Virus record (IMG/VR): IMGVR_UViG_3300045988_137804 | Location: 1-64,000 of that record | Source of the DNA: a virus | Length of the DNA stretch: 64,000 nt | Direction: 5' to 3' (one strand) | Shown here: piece after piece, positions 8,170 to 15,150 of the stretch | Layout of the letters: every line of letters begins with the position of its first letter | Numbering within the stretch: position 1 is the first letter of the stretch | Translations under genes and position numbers: made by a program | Notes under the pieces: generated by a model | The model's input: only the letters and a program-made list of their open reading frames with translations | Told to the model about the DNA's origin: nothing | Database searches by the model: none

Positions 8170-8592
8170 ATGAGATTTTCTGAAGCAATCGAACATCTTC
8201 TTAACGGAGAACGCATAAAGGAAGCGTGTTGGGAAAATGGTTATTACATCAAGCTGGAAAACGACAAAATTGTGGATTGTGATGGATCAGCAGAAGTGTT
8301 CGATAGTAAAGACATTATATCTAACGATTGGGAGCTATATCAGCCTAAATTAGATGTAGGTGCGGTTATTCAATACAATGACGGTACAATCGGAATTGTG
8401 CTTAGTTTATCTGAACTAGATAAGGAATACATCATTTTAGATGAGAATTGGTGCGTAGAAACAGTGAATGAAAGCCAGGTTTCATTAATCAATATTGACT
8501 ATGGAAAAGTTAGTTTGCATGAAGATTCTGCGAGTAAAAATCTCAAAAGTATAGTTTTATCATTACAGATGATTTCAGAGTTAGTAAATTAA
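8170..8592 (+). CDS. DUF2829-like protein (family that, to my recollection, includes the Thoeris anti-defence protein Tad2)
   Basis: N-terminus MRFSEAIEHLLNGERIKEACWENGYYIKL fits the remembered DUF2829 start (M.F.eAl.al..G..v.R..W). The C-terminal half is unassigned. Confidence 0.4.
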   Translation: MRFSEAIEHLLNGERIKEACWENGYYIKLENDKIVDCDGSAEVFDSKDIISNDWELYQPKLDVGAVIQYNDGTIGIVLSLSELDKEYIILDENWCVETVNESQVSLINIDYGKVSLHEDSASKNLKSIVLSLQMISELVN

Positions 8593-8666
8593 TGATTTTA
8601 TCCACTACGAAGTGGAGAATAAATAAGTATAAAGTTTAAGTTTCAAAGATTAAAGGAGAAAACATT

Positions 8667-9311
8667 ATGAGTACAATTGAGAAAATGAGTGTTCACAAAG
8701 CATTAGCAGAGTTAAAGATTATTGATTCCAGAATTGAGAGATCAATTGATGATGCACAGTTCTGTGTAGCAAACAAACATTCTAATGAAAAGATTAATGG
8801 TATTCCGGTTGAGGACGCTAAGAAGTTAATGGTTGGAAGTTACGACAAAGCATCAGATCTTATTAAGAGAAGAAATGCAATCAAGAGAGCAGTTGTGCTT
8901 TCTAATGCTAAGACAATTGTTACGATTGCAGACAGAGAATATACTGTTGCAGAAGCAATTGAGATGAAAAATCATGGCATTGAGTTTGAGGAATTTCTTT
9001 TAAATGAAATGAGATGTCAATACGCAGATGCTAATAGAACTATCTCAGCAGAGAATGGCGAAAAACTGAGTGAAAGAGCAGATAAATTTGTCATTGACAT
9101 GTATGGATCAAAAGAGGGTAAAACAAATACTGCTGATTTTGAGAAAGCAAAGAAAGATTTTATCACAGCAAATTCTTATGACTTGGTTGATCCACTTGAT
9201 ATCAAGAAGAAGATTGATGAATTGGAAGAATATATCTCAAACTTCAAGACAGAAGTAGATGCTGCATTAAGTGTTAGCAATGCTATTACAGAAACTACTG
9301 TAGAGTATTAG
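8667..9311 (+). CDS. hypothetical protein
   Basis: AAAGGAG RBS, 214-aa ORF, no motif recognised. Confidence 0.6.
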   Translation: MSTIEKMSVHKALAELKIIDSRIERSIDDAQFCVANKHSNEKINGIPVEDAKKLMVGSYDKASDLIKRRNAIKRAVVLSNAKTIVTIADREYTVAEAIEMKNHGIEFEEFLLNEMRCQYADANRTISAENGEKLSERADKFVIDMYGSKEGKTNTADFEKAKKDFITANSYDLVDPLDIKKKIDELEEYISNFKTEVDAALSVSNAITETTVEY

Positions 9312-9507
9312 AGAATATATAAATAGGAAATTATTTCACTGTTTGCTGAAAACTTAGAACTACAATCATTCAGACTTTTGCAAGTATAGCCTGAATCAAA
9401 ATAATAAAGAAGCTTGCAACATAATAAAACATAAAAAGCAAGTATAGCAAATTATTACAGGAATGCTTGATGCACAGTGTTGAGCGTTTATAAATTACAA
9501 GATGACT

Positions 9508-9594
9508 GTAAAGAGTAAAGTTCAAATGTCAAGTAGTAAAGCTCAAAATTCAAAGATTATTTTTTATGTAAAGTTTAAGCAGTAAATAGTAAAG
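9508..9594. repeat. five GTAAAG-centred degenerate direct repeats (iteron-like)
   Basis: GTAAAG at 9508, 9515, 9536, 9568 and 9589, with similar flanks (AGTAAAGTTCAAATGTCAA / AGTAAAGCTCAAAATTCAA). Lies inside a 430-nt ORF-free stretch. Confidence 0.5.
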
Positions 9595-9744
9595 ATATAA
9601 AGTTTTATAAAATCTTCGACAAACAGTTTTCAGTATGATTGTACTTGGCTGTAAGTTGTCTGCGAAGCTAGTAAATGGTGAATTAATTAATAAATGTCAA
9701 CCTACATAATAATATGCATAGTTGTCGTGAGGGTTGGCAAATAT

Positions 9745-9833
9745 GGATCATTACATCAACTGGTAAGATGAGCTGCCTCATAAGCAGAAAGCCCTAATAA
9801 GGTATAAACTGGGTTCGACTCCCAGATGATCCA
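9745..9833 (+). tRNA. tRNA-like gene, anticodon CAU, unusually long (20-nt) variable region
   Basis: Acceptor GGATCAT/ATGATCC, D arm CATC-AACTGGTAA-GATG, anticodon loop CTCATAA, T arm CTGGG-TTCGACT-CCCAG. 89 nt, no encoded CCA. Confidence 0.55.
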
Positions 9834-9968
9834 CTGTATCTGAATATTCACAGAATGTGTTATTCGTTTCCTTTCTTTCTATGAACATTCTAGTTCAGAT
9901 ACAATGTTTTTCATAACTTCCTTTTGTTTGGTTGGCAACTTACCATATAGACAAAAAAGTTGCAATAA

Positions 9969-10039
9969 TGGGCTGTGGTGTAATGGTAGCACATAATACT
10001 TTGACTATTATAGATCCAGTTCAAATCTGGACAGCCTAG
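9969..10039 (+). tRNA. tRNA-Gln (UUG)
   Basis: Canonical cloverleaf: TGGGCTG/CAGCCTA acceptor with U1-A72 as in bacterial tRNA-Gln, anticodon arm TAATA-CTTTGAC-TATTA, T arm TCCAG-TTCAAAT-CTGGA. Confidence 0.85.
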
Positions 10040-10124
10040 CTTGTGAGATTTTGGAACGTCTCACAAATATTACTCCTTTCATGGGTTATTTATAGTGCAA
10101 AAGATGTGCAGAAATGCACATCGA

Positions 10125-10210
10125 GCTGGCATGGCGGAATTGGTAGACGCAATGGACTTAAAATCCATCGGTAAAAACACACCATACGAGTTCGAGTCTC
10201 GTTGCCAGTA
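10125..10210 (+). tRNA. tRNA-Leu (UAA)
   Basis: Type II tRNA: D arm GCGGAATTGGTAGACGC, anticodon arm ATGGA-CTTAAAA-TCCAT, long variable arm, T arm ACGAG-TTCGAGT-CTCGT. An 8-bp GAAA-tetraloop hairpin (10103-10122) lies immediately upstream. Confidence 0.8.
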
Positions 10211-10367
10211 TTAGCCATATGAGACACTTATTCCCTGAGCAAGAATGATGAAGTCGGTACAAAAGTGCTCAATTTCTGTATTTTACATTCGTGTGTTATG
10301 CAAGCAGCACGAATGACATATGGCATTAACCCCCAACATAGGGTATTTACATTTTACAAAAATGGTT

Positions 10368-10437
10368 TGGCTGTTAGTTCAGTGGGAAGAACATCTATTG
10401 CAAGAGAGGGTCACAGGTTCGAGTCCTGTACAGTCAA
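10368..10437 (+). tRNA. tRNA-like gene with a non-canonical anticodon arm (possible GCA/Cys)
   Basis: Good acceptor (TGGCTGT/ACAGTCA), D arm (GTTC-AGTGGGAA-GAAC) and T arm (ACAGG-TTCGAGT-CCTGT). The anticodon region folds only as a 3-bp stem TCT/AGA with an 8-nt loop ATTGCAAG. Confidence 0.4.
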
Positions 10438-10505
10438 CTTGACGCAGAAAACATTTGATTTTTGCATTCATGTTTTGCACGCCTCATTTCTTCAATGTGC
10501 AAAGT

Positions 10506-10627
10506 AGATTGTTAGTTCATTGGTAGAATATCTTATTGAAAAATAATGTAATCCTGTTCTTTTCGCTTTCTTAACGATGTGATGCATTATTAATAGGAAG
10601 AAACACGTTCGAATCGTGTGCAATCTA
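10506..10627 (+). tRNA. tRNA-like gene (possible GAA/Phe) with a roughly 51-nt insertion in the anticodon loop
   Basis: Acceptor AGATTGT/GCAATCT, D arm GTTC-ATTGGTA-GAAT, T arm ACACG-TTCGAAT-CGTGT. The anticodon stem TCTTA (10531-35) / TAGGA (10594-98) encloses 58 nt instead of 7. Confidence 0.4.
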
Positions 10628-10714
10628 TCAGTCTTGGTTGACTTACCACTTTCAAACGAGGACTTTAAATTCGGTAGTAAAGTGGAGAATAATAATCATA
10701 GGTGGTGAAAAATT

Positions 10715-11056
10715 ATGAGATGTCCGTATTGTGACAAAGAAATGATTAAGAAGTACAAGATTAAGCACTTCTGTAATTTCGATGATCCGTGTGACTCATG
10801 GGAAAAAGAAATACATATCTGTAAGAAGTGTGGTATCAAGAAAGTAGATGGCAAGTGGAAGATTCCACATAAGTACAGAAGACCATCAACTAATCAGATT
10901 CGCAGATGCAAGACTTTAGCTAAGATACACGACATAGATTTTGAGCCACTTCTTGCCAGACAATGCAAGAGATTCATCACAACAATGCTGAAAAAGTTAT
11001 ATGTTCAGGATCATTATTGTGATGGAGAACTCCATATCATTGGAGAGAATAAATAA
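10715..11056 (+). CDS. hypothetical zinc-ribbon protein
   Basis: CPYC ... CKKC pairs. GGTGGTG RBS. Confidence 0.55.
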   Translation: MRCPYCDKEMIKKYKIKHFCNFDDPCDSWEKEIHICKKCGIKKVDGKWKIPHKYRRPSTNQIRRCKTLAKIHDIDFEPLLARQCKRFITTMLKKLYVQDHYCDGELHIIGENK

Positions 11057-11074
11057 GAAAAGGAGATAAGAAAC

Positions 11075-11314
11075 ATGACAAGAGAAGAAAGAATGCAGAA
11101 AAGAAGAGACGCAGGTAAGGTTTATACTTACAAGAAAAATCCTTACGAGAAAGGAACTAAAGAGTGGGTTAAGGAAGAATGTGCGAGAGCAGAGAAAAGA
11201 AAATCCAAGAAACCACATTACGCTAAGATGACTTCTGTGTTTGCCAAGTTAGATAATGAGCTTGCAAAGGCTGAACTTGCTGCAAAGAAGAAGTCTAAAA
11301 AAGAGGGTAAGTAA
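11075..11314 (+). CDS. small basic hypothetical protein
   Basis: AAAGGAG RBS. K/R/E-rich 79-aa ORF. Confidence 0.5.
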   Translation: MTREERMQKRRDAGKVYTYKKNPYEKGTKEWVKEECARAEKRKSKKPHYAKMTSVFAKLDNELAKAELAAKKKSKKEGK

Positions 11315-11551
11315 ATGAGAGAAACTTTATTTTGGATTACCATTATCGTTGGAATCGGACTTGGTATTTACACTGGTGGTTGGTTGTTATTTATTAAACC
11401 GATTATTGTTGCATGTGCTGCATATGACGCAGGGACACTTACAGGAAGTATGATTGGATGGACAATTATCAAATGTTTGGTGTTTGCACCAATTGTTGCA
11501 AGAGTAATTATAAATGTTACACTTACGATTGCAGGAGATATTTTGGATTAA
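11315..11551 (+). CDS. small membrane protein (2-3 TM helices)
   Basis: Hydrophobic throughout (FWITIIVGIGLGIYTGGWLLFIKPIIVACAAY...). Start follows the upstream stop directly. Confidence 0.55.
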   Translation: MRETLFWITIIVGIGLGIYTGGWLLFIKPIIVACAAYDAGTLTGSMIGWTIIKCLVFAPIVARVIINVTLTIAGDILD

Positions 11552-11572
11552 TTTCAATAGGAGAACAAACCA

Positions 11573-11848
11573 ATGATAGAGATTATCGAAACTAATCTTG
11601 CTATAGATGAGAATAAAGATATTAGAGATCATCAGTCTAGAGTAGTTCTTGCAGATGATTGGGAGTCTTATTGCGAAGCATATGAAAAGTATGACGGATC
11701 AAGAGTGACATTTCCATCAAAGAGTCCTGGTGCTAGTATCTATGAAGACAGTAAAATAGAAGATTTAGAATATGACGAGTATCATTTGCATTGCAGAATT
11801 AATAAAGTATATTTTACAGATACAAGATTGGCATACAAAATCAGTTAA
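11573..11848 (+). CDS. hypothetical protein
   Basis: TAGGAG RBS, 91-aa ORF. Confidence 0.5.
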   Translation: MIEIIETNLAIDENKDIRDHQSRVVLADDWESYCEAYEKYDGSRVTFPSKSPGASIYEDSKIEDLEYDEYHLHCRINKVYFTDTRLAYKIS

Positions 11849-11943
11849 TCACTTTTGAGCAATTCGCTCACAATTTCAAATCAAAATTGAATAGAGAATA
11901 TAAATTTAGAGGTTGCACAGCGTACCTTTGGTTTCTTGTAAAA

Positions 11944-11972
11944 TTGACACACTATATATAGTGTTTATAAAT
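11944..11972 (+). promoter_or_regulatory. sigma-A-type promoter with a palindromic operator in the spacer
   Basis: TTGACA (11944-49), 16-17 nt spacer, TATAAA/ATAAAT (11966-72). The spacer holds the perfect 16-bp palindrome ACACTATATATAGTGT (11949-11964) and precedes the highly expressed-looking gene at 12134. Confidence 0.55.
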
Positions 11973-12133
11973 AATATAAATACAATATATTGACATAAAA
12001 ACACCATAAAATCGCTGTTTCATATAGATTTTTGCATAAATTTATTTTTGTGTTCCGTCCGGTTGGGCGTTTAGATAGATTGTTTTATTAACAATATTTA
12101 CATAAATTTTTTATTTTTAAGGAGGATTTTCTG

Positions 12134-13162
12134 ATGGCAGAAAAGAAAAAAGGTATTGATTTACCACAGACAAAAGGAACATTTCAGGTAAGAGGTAAGG
12201 TTAGTGGTACACAGAAAGATAATTTCTATGTCGAAAAGCTTACAAAAACAAACAAGCCTTGGAGATCAACAAGTTTTGGAATTGAATTCAATCCAGGTTC
12301 TACAATGTATGTTGGTTTAAATGGAATGGAAAGAGATGTTGTCAAGTTTTCAAAAAAAGATAACGAAACAGGTAAATATGTTTCAAAAGATGTTCCTTGG
12401 AAAGACCGTTTTACATTCAATGAGGAAGGTTATGGGCTGATGGGTGTAAAAGTTGGTGTTGAAAAAGTAAAAGACGAAAAAGGCAACGATGTAAACAATA
12501 AGAAAACTCTTGTTGAATTTGATGCTGCAAAAGAGATTTCCGACCATCTCGTTGATGATAAGACAGTATTTGTAAAAGGAAGAATTGAGTATGGAAGTTA
12601 CAATGACAGTCATACAACAAAATTTGTTCCTAGTCAGGTATCACTTGCAAAAGATATTGACTTTGAAGCAGAAGATTTTAATTCACTTGCAGACTTCACA
12701 CAGACAATTGTATTTATGTCAGTCACACCAAACGATGATAAAACAAAAGCGACTGTTGAAGCAAAGATTGTTAATTACGATTCCATTGAAGATGCAGAAT
12801 TTGTAATTACAGATATGGGTCTTGCTCGTGTATTCGCAAAACAGCTTAAGCCATACACAAGTATCAAAGTATGGGGAAATATTTCTGTAGAAAAAGATAC
12901 AACAGAAGTTGAGACAACAGATTGTTGGGGACAGAAAAATAATATGGAGCGTGTAAACACACCTACAGTTCGTGAACTTATTATCACTGGTGCTGATCCG
13001 GAGACAATCGACACAGAAACATACACAGAAGCAGAGATTGACAGAGCAATCGAAACAATCAAGGCATCCAAAGAAGCTGCTAAAGACTTTGGTGGTTCTG
13101 AAAATGGTACATGGGGTTCAGTTCACGCAGGTTCAGAAGATGATGATAATGCAGGTTGGTAA
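12134..13162 (+). CDS. putative ssDNA-binding protein (acidic C-terminal tail)
   Basis: Very strong RBS (AAGGAGG). First gene of the replication block. C-terminus GSEDDDNAGW resembles SSB-type acidic tails. No domain verified. Confidence 0.35.
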   Translation: MAEKKKGIDLPQTKGTFQVRGKVSGTQKDNFYVEKLTKTNKPWRSTSFGIEFNPGSTMYVGLNGMERDVVKFSKKDNETGKYVSKDVPWKDRFTFNEEGYGLMGVKVGVEKVKDEKGNDVNNKKTLVEFDAAKEISDHLVDDKTVFVKGRIEYGSYNDSHTTKFVPSQVSLAKDIDFEAEDFNSLADFTQTIVFMSVTPNDDKTKATVEAKIVNYDSIEDAEFVITDMGLARVFAKQLKPYTSIKVWGNISVEKDTTEVETTDCWGQKNNMERVNTPTVRELIITGADPETIDTETYTEAEIDRAIETIKASKEAAKDFGGSENGTWGSVHAGSEDDDNAGW

Positions 13163-13217
13163 AAACCAATCTGCAACTAACGAAGTGATTATTTTTAAAA
13201 TTTAGGAGGAATTACAC

Positions 13218-14384
13218 ATGGCAACAGGACGTGGTGGAAAGAAAATTAAGACAAGACTTGGATTTTTACTTTATGGAGCATACGGAACATGGAAATCTAG
13301 CTTTTGTCTTGAGTCAATGAAACTTGTAAATGAAGATGGAAGTCCGTTTAAGGTATTGTTTATTGATCCAGAAAACGGTGGTATTGACACATACTTAGAT
13401 AAGTACGAAGAAGAGGGTTATGATCTTCAGAATATTTACATCGTATACACACAGTCACTTTCCGAGGTGAGCGAATTTATTAAGAGGGCAAAAGACGGAG
13501 ATGACTTTTACGAATTTGATGATGACGGAAATGAAACAGATGAAGTATATCTTGATTCTGATGGAAAACCATTTAGACCAGACATGATTGTTGTTGACGG
13601 AGCAACACTTCTTTACACAGCAAAACAGCAGAGTATTATTGAATTCTCAAAGAAGAGAGCAACCGTAAGAGCTAAGAAAAATGAACTTACAGGAATGTCA
13701 AAAGAAGTTGCAATCGAAGGCGCAGGAATGGAGCAGAAAGATTGGGGAACACTGAAGTTTGATGGTCAGAATTTAATTCTTGATCTTCTTGCATCTGGAA
13801 AACACTTTGCTGTTACATCAAGAGAGAAACCAGAAACCGATCAGTTTAAAGACAAGAATGGTGAGTTTAAAACTGTAAGAACTGGTGCATTTGTTCCTGA
13901 TGGATTTAAAGATGTTGGATACAACTGCAAAACTGTAATCCGTATGTTTAAAGACGATGATGGAATTATCAAAGGTCTTATTGACAACAAAGACAGAACT
14001 CTTGTACATCAGCAGAATGAAGTAATTATTGAACCATCCATTCTTGATTGGCAGACAGCAATCACAAAGAATAAAGACAAAAAAGACTTTGTTGTACAGA
14101 ACAACATGAACTCTGCGATCCAGAAAGAACTCAAGGCTGTTGAAAAAGATAATGCTAAGTATGATTCAGAGTTTGAAGAGAAGTCTGAAACAAATGTAGG
14201 TTCAGACCTTAAAACAGTAGAGGATTACTGTGATGCAATCAAAGCTGTTATTACAGCACTTCCTGCAACAGAAAAGAACAAAAAACAGACAGAGATTACA
14301 AAAGCAGGTCTTCCAAAGGCTTATATGAAGTTGACAGACATTGAAGAACTGAAGAAATATTACGATATTGTTTCTGCTAAATAA
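13218..14384 (+). CDS. RecA-fold/AAA_24-like ATPase with a degenerate Walker A
   Basis: LLYGAYGTWKSS (GxxGxWKS instead of GxxxxGKS/T) and a Walker-B-like MIVVDGATLLY. Confidence 0.4.
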   Translation: MATGRGGKKIKTRLGFLLYGAYGTWKSSFCLESMKLVNEDGSPFKVLFIDPENGGIDTYLDKYEEEGYDLQNIYIVYTQSLSEVSEFIKRAKDGDDFYEFDDDGNETDEVYLDSDGKPFRPDMIVVDGATLLYTAKQQSIIEFSKKRATVRAKKNELTGMSKEVAIEGAGMEQKDWGTLKFDGQNLILDLLASGKHFAVTSREKPETDQFKDKNGEFKTVRTGAFVPDGFKDVGYNCKTVIRMFKDDDGIIKGLIDNKDRTLVHQQNEVIIEPSILDWQTAITKNKDKKDFVVQNNMNSAIQKELKAVEKDNAKYDSEFEEKSETNVGSDLKTVEDYCDAIKAVITALPATEKNKKQTEITKAGLPKAYMKLTDIEELKKYYDIVSAK

Positions 14385-14448
14385 ACTAAATTTATAAAAA
14401 CGTTACGCCAGTATATTTTTATATGCTGGTGTAACTATTGGAGAAAAA

Positions 14449-15135
14449 ATGGCTAGAAGTAAAAAATACAAATGCGGATATTGTAAAAATGAAATAAATT
14501 TAGAAAAAGAAGATGAGCAATCATATTTTTTTATAGTAGACGAAAAAAGAAATACTAGAAAATGTTTTCATTGTGATTGTTTTGTAGAACATCAGACTTC
14601 AAAAAAGAAAAAACCATTAACTGTCGATGAATGTATTGAAAAAATTGACCAATATAGAACATTGGAAAAACAGTACGAAGATAAAATCCAAAAAAGTGAA
14701 AATCCAAGAAATCAATTGTTTGAATATGTAATGGACATGTATGATTTAACTTTTGTGCCATCATATTTTTATGTAAGAATGAGCGAAGTTTTTAATGGTA
14801 GTTACAAAGGACTTAGCAAGCCAGTTCCACCGGAAGACTTATTGGACATGTGGCAACAAAAAAGAAATTTTCTTTTACAGAATGCGGAAAAACAAAGAAA
14901 ACGTGACAAGAATATAGATGGTATTTCAAGAGTATGGTATGACATGTCTATTTTGCTTTCCAGATACGATGCGTATTTAGATTGGAAAGAAAAACAAAAA
15001 TTAGCAATGATTGATATAGAAGAAAAGAAGAAAGAAAGCATTGACTTTGTTAAATACAATGACATTGTTAAAAATTCAAATACAAAGAAAGAGAATAATG
15101 CAATAGATATCAATTCAATGCTTGATGAAATTTAA
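14449..15135 (+). CDS. hypothetical protein upstream of the helicase (possible initiator or loader)
   Basis: Call rests on position only. N-terminal CGYC...CFHC cysteine pairs. Confidence 0.3.
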   Translation: MARSKKYKCGYCKNEINLEKEDEQSYFFIVDEKRNTRKCFHCDCFVEHQTSKKKKPLTVDECIEKIDQYRTLEKQYEDKIQKSENPRNQLFEYVMDMYDLTFVPSYFYVRMSEVFNGSYKGLSKPVPPEDLLDMWQQKRNFLLQNAEKQRKRDKNIDGISRVWYDMSILLSRYDAYLDWKEKQKLAMIDIEEKKKESIDFVKYNDIVKNSNTKKENNAIDINSMLDEI

Positions 15136-15150
15136 AGGCAGGTGTTTTCA

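Noticed and set aside
10265-10507. 80-aa ORF spanning the tRNA cluster
   Set aside because: - It overlaps a tRNA-like gene and structured hairpins.
- It starts with GTG and has no RBS.
9745-10627. Suppressor tRNAs or stop-codon reassignment, as in recoded gut phages
   Set aside because: - No tRNA here has a CUA, UCA or UUA anticodon.
- All large genes, both early and late, are intact under the standard bacterial code.
11990-12012. Second TTGACA ... TAAAAT pair upstream of the SSB-like gene
   Set aside because: The spacer is only 11 nt, too short for a sigma-A promoter. The upstream TTGACA/TATAAA pair with a 16-17 nt spacer is the better candidate.
12226-13205. Several 60-100-aa alternative-frame and antisense ORFs within the SSB-like gene
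   Set aside because: - They are nested in a long ORF with a very strong RBS.
- They have no translation signals of their own.
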